Source of the DNA: the human T2T-CHM13v2.0 reference genome, Homo sapiens
DNA length: 64,000 bases
NCBI RefSeq assembly: GCF_009914755.1
Contig: NC_060933.1
Reading direction: 5' to 3' (one strand)
Below are positions 42,168 through 59,589 of this stretch, piece by piece. The notes beneath the pieces are model-generated. The model was given only the letters and a program-made list of their open reading frames with translations. It was not told the DNA's origin and did no database searches. Position 1 is the first letter of the stretch; the number at the start of each line of letters is the position of its first letter. Both the position numbers and the translations under genes were made by a program.

Positions 42168-43548
42168 CAAGTTAAGCCAAACAGGGATACAATTCAGTCA
42201 AAAAGAAGTCTTAGCTCTTTTCTTCTCCTAAGTGATCTATCATCATATAATGAGATAATTCATCTCAAGATCAGATTTTTATTAAAAATTAAAATATATT
42301 CATTTCCACATTTTCAAAAAGCCATGAAGACCCAGAACACTTTGTCTAAGCATTCTTAGCTCCAGCTTAGATTTCCATTTGAAACTGCAAATCCTTTCTT
42401 AATATTCATTCATTTCACACATACACCTGAGGGTCCCCTTTGTGTTGGGCACTGGGGAGCAGAAATAAATCTGACCAGATTCCAGTTCCTCAAGGGACCC
42501 CCAGTTTAACAGGGAGAGCAGATAAGTAAATGTCCACTTAGTGAGGGGATAGAGTGTGATTCTCCTAGCAAACCTCTGATGCTACAGATGAGGAAATTGA
42601 GGCTCAGAGTAATTAACTTACCCGAGGGATACACTTAGGAAGTAATGAAGAAAGGATTTCAACCCAGGTCTATTCTGACCCCAAACCCTTGCCTCACTGT
42701 CTCTCAGCCTGGAACACTGCAAATAGCATATTTTAGGGTCCTATAATTGAGAGAGTACAGGATTGGGATCAGAGGACAGAGTGGTCAACTATCCCACATT
42801 CAAGGCAGCAGGGGTATAGGAGGTGGAGTAGGGGAGGAAGTATCAGAAAGGGCCTTCACAGATTTGGAGACATCGGCTCTGAACAAGGATACGTAGCAAA
42901 GGTTTGTGCAGTGAAGAAGAGGAGGAAGGGTCTCCCAACAGAGGAAATGGCGGCAAGGGCAACAGTCAAGAAGTGTGAGAACCTTGATAGATATGAATCT
43001 TTCTGAATGGCCTTCAGAAGGAGCCAACAGGAAGGATGCCTTGGCTTAGCCAATATCTGCTAGTCTCAGCGAATCACACCACAGGGATTGTGCAGGAATG
43101 TGCAGATACAGCTTCAGTTCCTCACCTGGGAGGGGGTGAAGCTGAGATAAAGGAATTGCGATTGCCTGGGGGTTGCCACAGCCAGCCCCACAGAGGCAGC
43201 CATACCGTAGCCTTCATTATTGGCTGTGATGCTGAGCCCCAGGCTACACTGACCCCAGCATTAGCAAGATGATGATGGATTACATAAAGCCCTTTGTGCT
43301 CCAACTGAAACCCTGGCAGCAGAAACTTGTGCAGAATTTTAACTCCAATGAAGAGTTTTATGAAAGTCCAGGAAAGCCAAACCCAGAGAATCACAAAAAA
43401 TTAGAAGAAAGGGATCTTAGTGAAAATCTACAATCTCCTCCTTTTGCAGAAGAGGCACTGAAGAAGCCTTGGCGGGTGGGGGAAGGCTAGATGACTTGGC
43501 CAGGGTCTCATAGTCAGTGAAAAGGTAGAGTCCTGACTTGAACCTATG

Positions 43549-43855
43549 GTCAGGCACGTGGCTCACACCTGTAATCCCAGTACTTTGGGAGGCAGAGGTG
43601 GGCAGATCACTTAAGGCCAGGAGTTCGAGAGCAGCCTGGCCAACATAGCAAAACCCTGTCTCTACTAAAAATACAAAAATTAGCTGGGCATGGTGGCGCA
43701 GGCCTGTAATCTCAGCTACTCAGGAGGCTGAGGCAGGAAAATTGCTCGAACCCAGGAGGCAGAGGTTGCAGTGAGCCGAGATCGTACCACTGCACTCCAG
43801 CCTGGGAGACACAGCAAGACTGTCTCAAAAAAATAAAAATGAAATAAAATAAAAA
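43549..43855 (+). mobile_element. AluS inserted in MIR
   Basis: Full dimer; TSD gacttgaacct. Confidence 0.93.
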
Positions 43856-46448
43856 GACTTGAACCTCTGTCTCCTAACTCCAGTTCAGTGTTTCATTTCA
43901 CTTGAAATGACTGCATAGGAACTTTTCCTGACTTCTCCACCTTCCCACCTTCCCCACTCCATGTTATGCTGGTTTCCATAGTGCCTGTGTTTAATTCCAT
44001 CCCAGCTTGGACCATCCGTCTCCTCTGCTAAGCAGGACCCTTCATTGGAAGCCAAGACTATATGTTTTGTCTGACTCCCCAGTCTGCCAGGGCTGGACAT
44101 ATAAAGGGCACTTAGTAAATATTTGTTCACACTAAAGGAAACTGTGACAGAGTCAGAAGATGTGGGTCTTAGTCCCAGCTACATGAACCTATAGGCCATG
44201 GGACTGTGGGCCAGTTACTCAACCCTCTGAATCTCAGCTTCCTCATCTATAAGATGATGAATAAGAACATGATGTAGTGGAAAGATGACGGGATGTAGAC
44301 CCTATAAATGTCCAACTGAATGAATGAATGGTCACCTTCCTCTACCAGAAATCCTGAGGGCAAGGGGATTTCTAACTTGTTTTGTATCCACAGCACTTGG
44401 CACTTAGCAGGCCTCGGGAAACGATTGCACTAAACCACATAAGAATATCTGAGTACACCAGCAGTTGTATAACCGGGAGCAAGTACCTGTGATTCTGATC
44501 CTTTATTTCCTCATTTGTAAATCAGAGATCATGATACCTTCCCAAACTGAGTGAAGATAAAAGAGGTCATGTATATAAAAATCATTTGGTAAACTGCAAG
44601 CACAACACAGATGCCAGTCGTCATTTGGGCTGTTTAAAAGGACTTCCTGATGAACAGGACCTAAGTATGTTTTCCAGAGAGGAAAATATACTTTCCAGAG
44701 GGGAGCAGCATCTTGAGTTTCAGATGATATCGTTTTCCCAGTTAACACATTGAACTGTTAAGCAAGGGGCACAAGAACAGTATAATACATCCAAGCAGGA
44801 GGTGAAGTTCTATTTTTGGCAACAAAGGAAATAACACTGGAAGCAGATGGGGAGGTGAAACCATGGCTCCTATGGAGTCCTTGCCAGCCGCTTTGAACCA
44901 TCTGCCTTCTTCTGACAGCTGGAGTCCCCTCACTTCTGTCTTTACTCCTTTACTAGTTATGCGCCAGAACCCAGGGCCACTGCATCGGCCTCCAGGGATG
45001 CCGTGCTTCAGAAGCAGGAGACACTGCATTCTCCATGTTACTTCCCAGGCTTACTGCAGACGTGTGAGGGCGATGTGTGTGGCTGAAGGTTGGGTCATCA
45101 CCAGGGAAAGGCTGGCTGGTGGCCACCTGGCGCTCCCACCGGACGGCATCACTTTGGTAAGTTTCTCATGCTCCGAGCCTGGCCCACCCTGTTGTGAAGT
45201 GACAAGCTGGGTCCTGCAGATACCCCTGGCCTCAAAGAGGCTAACTTTTGATGACTAAACTCAAAAGAGACAAAAAAAAAAAAAAAAGAAAGAAAGTAAA
45301 CCACAGCATATGTATATTAATTTGCAACTCAATTTGGCAAATATATTTGAGTTCCTACTGTGTGCCAGGCACTGTGATAGGCACTGGGGAGATAATGATG
45401 AATGAAACCCATCTGGTCACTGCCTTGTGGAACTTACAGTAGGAGGGAGAGGTAATTAAACAGGTAGTCACTAGACAGTGTAATTAGCATAAGTACCATG
45501 AAAAGAAAAACAACAAGGTGTTGTTGAGAACTTGCTCCAGACGTCGGGGGCAGAGTAGGCTTTATAGAGAAAGTTAAAGCTAAGCAGGGGGTCCGAAAAA
45601 CTAACAAAATTGTCAGGTGAAAAGCAGCAGCTTGGAAGTGGCAGTGGGGTGCAAAGAAAGAAGATGGGTGCTCCAGGCAAAAAGAAGGGCAGTCAGAGGT
45701 AAGAGAGGTCTTGATGCCATTGAGTATCTAATAAAAGGTTAAATATGGAAGGACCCAGGAGGAAGAGTTCAGAAATGGGGACAAGCGTAGCTGCCGAGGT
45801 TGGCAAGGGCTCTATAAGGCGTGTGCAGGAGTTTAAACTGCATCTTTTTGATAAACCAGTGGGTTACCCAAAGTCGGTCAAATCAGCACATTGTCTACAG
45901 GAAGGAAAATGATGTGACTAATAGATTTACCGGAAGGTTATTTGATAAATGTGGAATCAGGACAAAGAATATACACTTCACACTGCAAGTTTTCTTTCTG
46001 CCTTGACTCTGACCCACTTATAATGCCACATTTTCCTGGTTCCTAAACCCAGCGGAGGACGTTGTTCTCTGGGGGTTTTTGCAAATAATGCACTTCATTC
46101 AGCCTTGAGGAGCTGAATCAATAAACACTAACTTGGGATGGTAACTGGAGAGGAAAATGGAAGAATCTCATGCTTGCTGCTTCCCTCCAAGAAACTGCAA
46201 AACATTATTGAACAGGTTTTTGGCTATATTCAGTGAAAAATTCTTCTGCTGAGAAATACAAACTCTTTCACCATAATAAATACTGTTTTGATAACAAAAC
46301 TGTACTTTTCTCAAATACCCAGATGGAAGACCATATGCAAAATAAACTCTAAGGAATTTTTTTATTGGCCATCTGCTAAAATTGGAAAGGCTGCATCCGC
46401 CTCGACTCTTCACAAAAATTTTCACTGAGAATCCCACTCGCTTCCGCC

Positions 46449-46467
46449 TGGTGCCACCTGCTGATCA
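46449..46467 (-). promoter_or_regulatory. CTCF-like motif
   Basis: Minus strand TGATCAGCAGGTGGCACCA, 13/14 match to the core consensus. Confidence 0.45.
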
Positions 46468-46887
46468 CATTTGAGTACCGGTTTTGCAAATGAAGAGCAG
46501 GGTAACATGGGTCTCCCTCTTTCTTTAATGAAATAAACTTAATCCTAATTAATGTAAGAAATAACCTACAAAGTGTCAGGTTTTCCGTTGTTTTACAGAA
46601 ACTCACACTTCTTCCTGTTGTTGCCAGGAACCACAAAGCAAAGCCCCTGCATGCACACACCTCTGAGACCTCACTTCTGAGGCACTGTCAGGACATTGTT
46701 TTACCCTCAGGATTAAGTGCACTACCTCTAATAAAGCCCCGTGTTTGGCTTTCACCCGTCAAAAACGTCAATGCATTATATTCTTTAGTATGTCAATTCC
46801 ACTTTGAGATATCTATCCAAAGGAGATGCTGGCACAGGTGTATAAAGATACCTGTGCGAGGATATTCCCTTCAGCATCATTTGTTGA

Positions 46888-47224
<337 letters not shown>

Positions 47225-47559
47225 AACAGGGTAAGGATTTTTAAAGTCATAATGCATCTATGCAGCACTGGCATGGCGAGATGTCCTACGCACATTCAAT
47301 GGGAGAAAATGAAGGCTAAAGAAAAGAATGGATAGAATAATCCCATGTTTTTAAAGAAAAAAGAAGCCTTTTTAAAGAAAAAACAGCTCTGTGTGTTATA
47401 GCTATATTTGTTTATACACAGGAAAAGGTTGAAAGGATACACACTAAACAAAAGCAATTTCTGAAGAATGGGGACTTTTTTCTACTTTTTACTTTCACAT
47501 GCCTATACTAATTGAATTTTTACTATCAATGCATTGTATTAAAACAAAGGAGCTACTAA

Positions 47560-47875
<316 letters not shown>

Positions 47876-48904
47876 AGTAATAATGCCATATTCTTAAAAA
47901 ATCAGGTTTGCAGCTAATAAAGTGTTTCATCATCACATGCGATGAAATGTGATGCTTTGCTTCAGAAGCAGGAGACATGGCATTCATTGCATTTCATCAT
48001 CACAGACTCACTGGATGCTCACTTGCTCTAAGGCTAGGATCACTTTCATATTCAAGAGATGAAGAAATGGGACTGAGTCGAGGAGAGGGAACCAAGATCC
48101 TGTAAGGAAGAGATGATGGTGCCAGGGCGCTCCAGCAAATGACTACTGTGGGGTTTTCAGAGTCTTATTCTGTATGCGCCAGGCCCTAAACTAGCAGTTT
48201 TCAAATTGACTTCACTATGTGGACAAAGAAATCCTCCTTTATATTAGAGAACTATCCAGTCCTGAGGACTTTCAGCATCAATCAAATGGGCTTTGAAACT
48301 TCAGGGCTTAGAACGCTAAAGCGGGAAGACCAGAGCAGTCACCTAACTCAGTCTCCCTGTTTTACTGCTGAGAAAAGAGACTCCCCGAACAGCTAAAATC
48401 AGGCAGTCAATACTTGAGCAACAAACACTTGCCATCTCCAAGGAGTTAACTTTCCTTCTTCTCCACTAAACCCGCTCCTCCTCTTGGGTTTCCCATCTTG
48501 GCAAATGGTGACCCAGCAGACTCCTGAAAGCACCAAGTCTGCCTTCTTCTTCACCCTCAATTCTATCAGTCTCCAAATCCCATTGATGCCAACTTCCAAA
48601 TATTACTCACCTCTGATCTTTCTCTGCCTAAGATTCCTGCCTGAGTGTCTCCATACAACCTTCAGCATCTCTTCTGCCTAGATGAATAGAACAGCCTTTC
48701 TAATAGGTCTCATTTCTCCTCCTTCCCAATCTACGCTATCCTCTCCAACAGATCACCTTTCTAATACTAAAACTTGATAATATACCTCTCCCCTCTGCAC
48801 TTAAAACCCCTGCATGGCTTCCCCTTGATAAGCGCTTTACCTTGGCATTCAAGACCCTCTGTGATCTACCCTCTCCTTCTCAAATCTCATCTGGGGTCAG
48901 ATCC

Positions 48905-49583
<679 letters not shown>

Positions 49584-50055
49584 TAAATCCTTTTCTCTTA
49601 AACTTTAGTGACTCCACACTGCTCATCATTCCAAAATGCCATACTATTTCATGACTTCGTACCTTTGCACAAGCTATTGTTTTTAGGTAGAATGCTCTTC
49701 TGTGGCTGGTCTGCCAGGTAAACTCATTATACAAAATCAGGTCAGGTGTCACCACTACTCAGGAAGCTTTTTCTCTCCCTCTATTCCATTTGCCCTCAGC
49801 CCTGTCCAACCCTGCTCCCCATCACCAACAAAGTTTTACTCCTTTTCTCTGGAACATTTCTGTACCTTATACACACTTCTATTTAAATATCCTCCCACAT
49901 TATTACACAGAAGGGAAAAGTACTGGCACTGAAGCCAGTCTTCCAAACTGTGTTAACCCTGCCAAATGACTTAACCTCTCTGTACTTCAGTTTCCTCTCC
50001 TATGAATAATAGAAGAATCCTGCGAGGGTTGCTAAAGAATTTTAAATTAGGTAAT

Positions 50056-50422
50056 TGTTATGGACTATATGCTTGTGTTCCCACCTCACCTCTGCATTCA
50101 GATATTGAAACCCTAACCCCCAAGGGGATGGTTTTAAGAGGTAGGCTCTTTGGAGGGCAATTAGAGCATGGAGGTGGACCCCACACGATGGGACTAGTGT
50201 CCTTATAAGAGGAGGAAGGCAGCTAGTCCTTTCTCTCTACCAGGTAGGCAAACAATGAGAAGGTGACCAGCTATAAACCAGGAAGAGGGCCCTCACCAGA
50301 ACCCAACCATGCTGGCATGCTGATCTTGGATTTCCAGCCTTCGAAACTGTGAGAAAAAAAAGTTTGTTATTCGTCACCCAGTTTATGATATTCAATTGTA
50401 GCAGCCCAAACTTCCTAAAACA
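50056..50422 (+). mobile_element. MLT1A-like solo LTR
   Basis: tgttatggact...gaaaccctaacccccaa...gcagcccaaac..ctaaaaca. Confidence 0.75.
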
Positions 50423-53400
50423 GTAGTCTAGATAAAAACACTCAGCAAATGTTGCTATTGTTATTGTTATGTAGTCATTCTTTTAGAGAACTTCCACTTT
50501 CAGCCAAAGTGTAATAACAGAAACTAGATTGACTCTTGCCCCGCATCGCTCGAGCAACCAAAAAGTAGACAAAATATGTTAACAGTTTTGAAGACCTGGA
50601 TATGAAGCAACAAAGGACAGTGATTCCTGAGAGATAGGAATTGAACGATGTGAACCCTAGGATTGCCTCAGATTACTGCCTTGAGAAAGATTCCAGGCTG
50701 CAGTGCAGAGTGCCCCAGTAGGACCTTGGTGAAGCCCAGTGGACGCCCTGAGTTGAGAAAATGGAACTGTGAGTCAGGGAAGACTGAGATAGCCAGGGTT
50801 CTCAGGACAGAGTACTGGGAAGGACACTTTTGTACAGAGAACTCTGGAGCGTCTTCCTTAAATGTTTTGCTAGGTACAGATCAGCATGCACGTGAGGAAA
50901 CTACCCAAGGCCAAACTACCTGAAAAACACCCCCAAAAAAGCAGAGGTAGCAGTGCCTGGTGTTCACACAGAGCCAGGAGTAGTGTCTTTCTCACCAGCC
51001 AGACTAGAAAACATGATTCATGGAGCACTGGGTAGAGCACACATAAGACTGTTGCTTGAGTAGTGAGGAATAGTAAGCCTTAGACTGAGTACCACTCCAG
51101 TCCTGCTTAACAAATCTTGAAAATCTTGAAATAGACCTGAAATCTATTTCCAAGTAACTGAACTGGATCTTACAACAAAGTTCAAGAATATGTGCAGGAA
51201 TATGGAAATATCCAACATCCAAATAAGGTAAGATTCACTATATCTGTCACCCAGCTAGAAACTCCCAGACATGAAAAAAACATCGTGATATGGGCCACAA
51301 TGAAGAGAAAAATCAAAACCAACTCAGAATGGACAGAGTTAGAATTAGGAGACAGTGACATTATGAGAGTGATTATAATGCATTCCATATGTTCAAAAAG
51401 TTAAGTAGAAATATGGAAGATATTTAAAAAGACTCAACTCTCATGTTTAGAAATAAAAACTACAATATGTGAGATAAGAGATTGAATGGGATTATTCGAC
51501 AAGAATGAAAAAAATGAGTGAATGTGAAGACAAAACAACAGAAACTCTCCAAAATGAAACAGAATGATTTTTTTAAATGAACAGAACATCAGTGAACTGT
51601 GGGACAACTTCAGATGTACTAATATGTACGTAATTAGAGTGAAGTAGAAGTGAAGAGGCATAGAAAAAAAATCTGAAGAAATAATGGGCAAATATTTTCC
51701 AAATTTTATTAAAATTATAAACCCACAGGTCCAAAAGCTCAATGAGAAACATGAGCTTTAACATGAGAAATATAAAAGAAAATTACATCAAGACACATCA
51801 TAATCAAATTGTTCAACACCAATGATAAAGAAAAAATATTAAAAGCAGCAAGAGAAAAAGAATGTTATATAAAGAAGATCAAAAATAAGGAAGAAAACAG
51901 ATTTCTTTTCAGAAACAATATAAGCAAGAAGACAGAAGAGCAATATATTAAAAGTGCTGAAAGAAAAACAAAATGTCCACCTAGAATTCTACACCTAGAG
52001 AAAATATCATCCAAAACCAAAGGCAAAATAAATTTCAAGAAATATAAAAGTTGAGAGAATTCATCACCAAAAGACCCTCACTGCATGAAATGCTACAGAA
52101 AGTTATTTACACAAAAGAAAAATGATACCTGACAGAAATGTGAATCTACACAAAAAAATACAGAACACTGGAAATGGTAAATATATGAGTAAATATTTAA
52201 AATTATTTCATCTTGTTATTTAAATCTCTTTAAAATAGAGTTGATTGTTAAAACAAAAATGATAACAATGTAGTCTGGAGTTTATAATAAGTATAAAAGT
52301 AAAATGTATAAAAACAACAGCATAAAAGCTAGGTGTGGGAAAATGGAAGTACTATGAGTGTTATAAGGTTCTCATACTATAAATAAAATAGTACTATATA
52401 ACTTAAAGGTAGATTGTGATAACTCAAAAATGTATACCATAAATTTTAAAGGAACCACTAAAAACAAAACAACTATAGCTATTATGCCAACAAAGGAAAT
52501 CAATAAAACTGAAAACTTCTAAACAGACTGAGCAGAGGGAAAAAAAGAAAAATAAAAAACACAGATTACAAATGTTAGGACTAAGAGGTATCATTAGTAA
52601 AGGTAAAGGCAGATTACTAAAGGTAACATTATGAATCATTTTACACCAATACAAGTGAAAACTTAGAAAAAGTAGACAAATTTCTTGAAAACAAACTATT
52701 AAAGCTCATTCAAGAAGAAATAGATAATATGAACAGCCTATATCTATCAAAGAAATTGAATTTGTAGTTAAAAGTTTCCCACAAAGAAAATACCAAGCTC
52801 ACATGATTTCCCTAGTGAATTTTACCAAACATTTAAAGAAATAATACCAACTCTGAAAAAACTCTTCTAGAAAATTTAAAAGTAGAAAATATTTTATAAT
52901 TCATTCTGTGTGGCCAGCATTATCCTGATAACGAACCAAAGACATTACAAAAAAATAAAAATAAAAATGCAAACCAATATCCCTCATGAATATAGATGCA
53001 AATAAAGAACATTTTAGTAAATCAAAATTCCACAATATATAAAAAGGATAATATGTTATGACTAAGTGGAGTTTGTCTTAGGGATGCAGGGTTTGTTTAA
53101 TATTTAAAAATCAACCAATGTAACTCAACCACATTAACAAGCTAAAAAAGAAGATCCATATGATCATCTCAGTAGACACAGGGAAAAAAAAAAGAGTGAC
53201 AAAATCCTACATCCATTCCTAATTAAAAACAAACAAAATCCATGGAAACAAGAAATAAAAGGAAACTTCATCAATCTGATAAAGAACATCTACAAGAAAC
53301 CTACAACTAACAACAATACTTAATGATGAAAGACGAAATCCATAACCCCTAAGATCAGGAAAAAGTCCCGGACATCTGTTCACACCACTTCTACTTAACA

Positions 53401-54784
53401 TTATTTGGAGGTTCTAGCCAGTGCCATAAGGCAAGAAAAAGAAATAAACGGCTAATTACAAAGTAAGACAAAACCATTCAATTCTCAGAGGATGTAATAG
53501 TCCATATAGAAAATCCAGTGGAAGTACAAAATAAGCTACTAGAACTGTTAAATAAGTTTAACAAGGTTGCAGGATACAAGATCAATACACAAAAAGCAAT
53601 TTTATTTTTACATACAATGAACAATTAGAAATGGAAGTTTAAAAATAAAACACTGCCAATATATCAAAAATTGGAAATCATAAGGGAAAATTGTGACAAA
53701 AGATGTGAAATACTTGTACGCTAAAAACTAAAAAACACTGTTCAAAGAAATTAAAGACCTAAATAAAAGGAAAGATACACCATGTCAATGGGTCAGAAGA
53801 CTCATTGTTAAGATGTTGATTCTACTCAAAGTGATATATAGATTCAGCACAATTCCATTCAAAATCCCAGTGGGCTTTTTTGTAGACATTGACAAGCTGA
53901 TTCTATATTTCATATGGCTGATCAAAGACTACAATAGCCAAAACAACTTTGAAAAAGATGAACAAAGTTGGAGAGCTTACACTACCTGATTTCAAGGCTT
54001 ATAAAGCTATATCAAAACAGTGAGGTTTTGGCAGAAAGAGAGACAAATAGATCAAAGACACAGAATACAGAATTCAGAAATATACCTACACATATTTGGA
54101 TAACTGTTTTTGACACTGGTGCAAAGGCAATTTGGAAGAGAAAGATTAGTGTTCTGATCAAATGTTTCTGGAACAACTGGATATTCGTATGCAAAAAAGT
54201 GAACTTCAACCCATACCTTACACCATATACAAAAATTAACTCAAAATGAATCACAGACCTAAATTCGAAAGCTAAAACTATAGAACTTTTAGACAAAAAC
54301 ATAGCAGAATATCTTTGTGAGCTTGGGTTAGATATAAATTCCTATATATGACACAAAAAGCATGATCTATTAAAAAAATTGATAAATTGGACTTTGTCAA
54401 AATTAAAAACTTGCTTTTCAAAGGATAATAAGAGAATGAGAAGACATCTCACATACCCCATAAGTATATGTACCTACTATGTAGACACAAATATTAAAAA
54501 TTAAAAAATAAAAAAAGGCACAGACTGGAAGAAAATATTTACAATTGGTATATCTCATAAACACCTGTATTCAAAATATATAAAAATTCTCAAAGCTCAA
54601 TAATAAAAATAAACAACCCAATTAAAAAAAAATAGGCAAAACATGTGAACAGACATTTCATCAAAAAATATATCTGGATGGCAAACAAGCACATGAAAAG
54701 AAAGCTCCACATCATTAGTCTTTAGGAAGTGCAAAATACAACTGATGACAGGTCACTACATACCTATTAGAATGGCTAAAATTA

Positions 54785-55246
<462 letters not shown>

Positions 55247-55509
55247 TCAATTTTTAAGCATTCACCCAGGAAGAATGAAAACATGTCCACGCAAAGACTT
55301 ACCACAGGTGTTCATGGTGTATTTGTAACAGCCAGAAAACTGGAATCAACCCAAATGTCCTGCAGCAGGTGAAGGTCTAAGCAAACTGTGGTATAAACAT
55401 TCAATAGAATACTCCTTGGCAATGAAGTATTGATACATACTACAAATATGGATGAATCTCAAAATAACTGAAAGAAGCCAGACCTCCCCCGAAAAAGGAG
55501 TGCCTGTTA

Positions 55510-55919
<410 letters not shown>

Positions 55920-56405
55920 GAAGGGAAGGACAGAAGGATTACAAAGGGACACGAGGAAAAATTTCAGCATGATGCATATGTTCATTATCTTGATTGTGGT
56001 GATGATTTCACGGATTTTTACATATATGAAATGTATAAAACTGTACATTCTAAATATCTGTAGTTTATTCTATGTCGATTATATCTCAATAAAGCTGTCT
56101 GTTAAAAAGTATAAGACAACTAGGCTCTCTGCAGAGTCTCAAAATATCTCCTTACTAGACACTTAGTAATTAAAAAGGAAAAAAATAGTAACTTTATAGT
56201 GGAGAAATCTAGCAGACACTACTTTAACTAAGTGATCAAAGTTAACATCACCAGGGATAAGACATCTTGACATCATGTACTTAGCAACATCACTTTCATG
56301 GTGTTCTTGCCAAAAATGTCTAATCTGAATCTAACATGAGAAAAATCAGACAAATCCAAATGTAAGTTCATTCTAAAAAAAAAAAAAAAAAAAAAACTAG
56401 CCAGT

Positions 56406-56806
56406 CGTATTAGACTGTTCTCACACTGCTATAAAGAAATACCTGAGACTGGGTAATTTATAAAGAAAAGAGGTTTAATTGGATCACAGTTCCACAGGCT
56501 GTACAGGAAGCATGATGGTGGCACCTGCTTGGCTTCTGGGGAGGCTTCAGGAAACTCTCAATCGTGGCAGAAGGCAAAAGGAAAGCAGGCACATCTTAGG
56601 TTGCTGGAGCAGGAGCAAGAGAGAAAGGAGGGAGGTGCTACACACTTTTAAACAACCAGATCTCATGAGAACTCTATCACTATGCAACACCAAGGGGGGA
56701 AATCTGTCCCCATGATCCAATCACCTCCCACCAGGCCTCACCTCCAACACAGGGGAATTACAATTCAACATGAGATTTGGTGGGGACACAGATCCAAACT
56801 GTATCA
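56406..56806 (-). mobile_element. MSTA-like solo LTR in L1MC 3' region
   Basis: gtattagactgttctcacactgctataaagaaatacctgagactggg...atccaaactgtatca; 5-bp TSD ccagt. Confidence 0.88.
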
Positions 56807-57134
56807 CCAGTACTCTTCAAAAGAGTCAAGGTCACAAAAGACAAAGACCAGGGAACCATTACAACCTAGAGAAGACTGGGGAGAAATGACAACTAAATGC
56901 AATGAGGGATCATGGAGTGAATCCTGTACCAGAAAAAGGACATTAGTAGGACAACAGGCAAAATGCAAATAAAGAGCATAGGTTATTTCATATTATATCA
57001 ATGTTAATTTCCTAGTTTCAGTCACTGTGTAAGATGTTAACATTAGAGGAAGTTAGATGAAGAATTTGGGGTGCTCTCTCTGTCCTATTTTTGCAACTTT
57101 TTTGTTGAGTTTTAAATTATTTCAAAGCAGTTTA

Positions 57135-58535
57135 AAAACTGAAGGCAAAATAAAGACATTTTCAGACAAATGAAAGCTGAGGGAATTTGTCACCAGCAGA
57201 CCTGCACTGTGAGAAATGTGTTGATGCAAATTCTTGAGGCCAGAGGAAAATAATACCAAATGGAATCCCAGAGCCATTCAAAGGAATGAAGAATGCTGGA
57301 AATAGTAAATACATGAGTGAGTATAAAAGACAAATGTACTAATCTTTTAGTTTCTTTATAGGATAATTGACTTTTTAGAGCAAAAATAATAACAATGTAT
57401 TGTGTGGTTTATAATATTGTTAGAAGTAAAACAGATGACGATAGCACAAAGGATGAGGGCGGGAATGGAACTATACTGCTGTAAGGCGCTAATATGTTAC
57501 TTGAAGTATGTAATACTTAAAGGCCAATGTGGTAAGTTAAAGATGCATTGTAAACCCTAGATACTAGGGCTAGGGTGAAAACTAAAAAGATTTTTAAAAG
57601 AAGTATAGCTAATAAGCCGAAAGAAGAGATAAAATAAAACACTAAAAATATTCAATTAATCCAACAGAATAAATAGAAAAGAAATAGTAAGATGGTAGAC
57701 TTGAATCCAACAGTTAGTATTACATATTAAGATTAACTGGACTAAACACACAAATCAAAAGGCAGAGACTGTCAAACTGAATAAAAGACCATACTCAGTT
57801 TCATGCTGCCAACAAGAAGCACTCTTTAAAAATGCAGATAGGTTAAAAGTAAAATAATGGTAAAAAGATATACCATGCAAATACTAAGCCAAAGAAAACT
57901 GGAGGTGCTAAATTAATATCAGACAAAATAGACTTCAGGACAAGTTACTGATAAAGGAGTCAAATCATCAAGCTAATAACGGAGCTTCAAAATGCATGAG
58001 GAAAACACTGACAGAACTAAAAAGAGAAGCAGACAATCCAAAATTAAAGCTGGAAATTTCAACACTAACTTAGTAACTGATAGAACTAGTAAGTAGTAAA
58101 GTAGTAAAAAAGATGTGAATACCACCAATAGCAACTTGGCCTAATTGACACTTATAAGATGCTACATCAACAACTCCAGAATACTTATTATTTCCCAGGG
58201 CCATGAAACACTCATCAAGATGGACAATGTGTAAGCCATTAGAAAACTCTCAACAAATTTAAAGAGACTGAGATAATACAGAATATACTCTCTGATGTCA
58301 ACAAAATTAAATTAGAAATCATACAAAAAATATTTGGAAAGTCCGCAAATGACTTAAAAAGTAAACAACACATTTCTACATAACCCATGGGCAGAGGAGA
58401 AATCCCAAGGGAAATTAGAGAACATTTTCAACTGAATTATAATGAAAATGTAACATACAAAAATTCCTGAGATGTATCCATAGCAGTGCCTAGAAAGAAA
58501 TTTGTTTTAAGATTTAAAAATCAGTGATCTTAGTT
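57135..58535 (+). mobile_element. Old L1M fragment (ORF1 end and ORF2 endonuclease region)
   Basis: gaaggcaaaataaagacattttcagac and taatatcagacaaaatagacttc motifs. Confidence 0.75.
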
Positions 58536-58539
58536 TTGT

Positions 58540-59589
58540 AGCACAGTGCATTACTCATGTTTGTGGTGTTGCAGGTGTCAACAAACCTACTGCACTGCCA
58601 GTTGTATAAAAGTGCAGTATAATACAATTATGCACTGTACAGAATACTTGATAATGATAATAAACTACTACGTTACTAGCTTCTGTATTTACTATAGTAT
58701 ACTTTTTATTGTTATTTTAGAGTGTACTCCTTCTACTTCTAAAAAAAAAAGTTGACTGTAGGATAGCCTCAGGCAGGTTCTTCAGGAGGTATTCCAGAAG
58801 AAAGCACTGTTATCATAGGATATGACAGCCCTACGCATGTTACTGCTCCTTGAAGACCTTCCAGTGGGATAAGAAGTGGAGGTGGAAGACAGTGATATTG
58901 ATGATCCTGACCCCGTGTAGGCCTAGGCGAAGGTATGTGTTTGTGTCTTGGTTTTCTAACAAAAAATTCTAAAAGTAAAAATAATTTTAACATTTAAACA
59001 TAGAAAAAGGCTTAGGGAATAAGAATATAAGGAAATTTTTTTTGTACAGCTGTACAGTGTGTGTTTTAAGCTAAGTGTTATTACAAAAGAGTCTAAAAGG
59101 TTTTTAAAAAATAAAAAGTTTAGAAAGTAAAAAGTTACAGTAAGCTAAGGCTAATTTATCGAAGAAAATTTTTTAAAAATAGATTTAGTGTAGCCTAAGT
59201 GTACAGTGTTTCTGAAGTCTGCAGTAGTATAATGTCCTAGGCCTTCACATTCCCTTACCATTCACTCACAGACTCACCCAGAGCAACTTCTAGTCCTGCA
59301 AGCTCCATTCATGGGAAGTATCCTACATAGGTGTATCATTTTTCATCTTTTATACAGTATTTTCCCCTTTCTATGTTTAGATACAAAAAAGACTTACCAA
59401 TATTAAGTCCAGTACCATGCTATACAGGTTTGTATCCTAGGAGCGATAGGCTATACCGTATAGCCTGGATGTGTAGGAGCCTATACCATCTAGGCTTGTG
59501 TAAGCACACTCTATGGTGTTGGCACAATGATGAAATCACCCAATGACACTTTTCTCAGAATGTGTGCCCGTCAAGTGACTCATGACTGT
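58540..59589 (+). mobile_element. Tigger3-like DNA transposon
   Basis: aacaaacctactgcactgccagt and gcctcaggcaggttcttcaggaggtattccagaaga; ends caagtgactcatgactg followed by ta. Confidence 0.75.
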
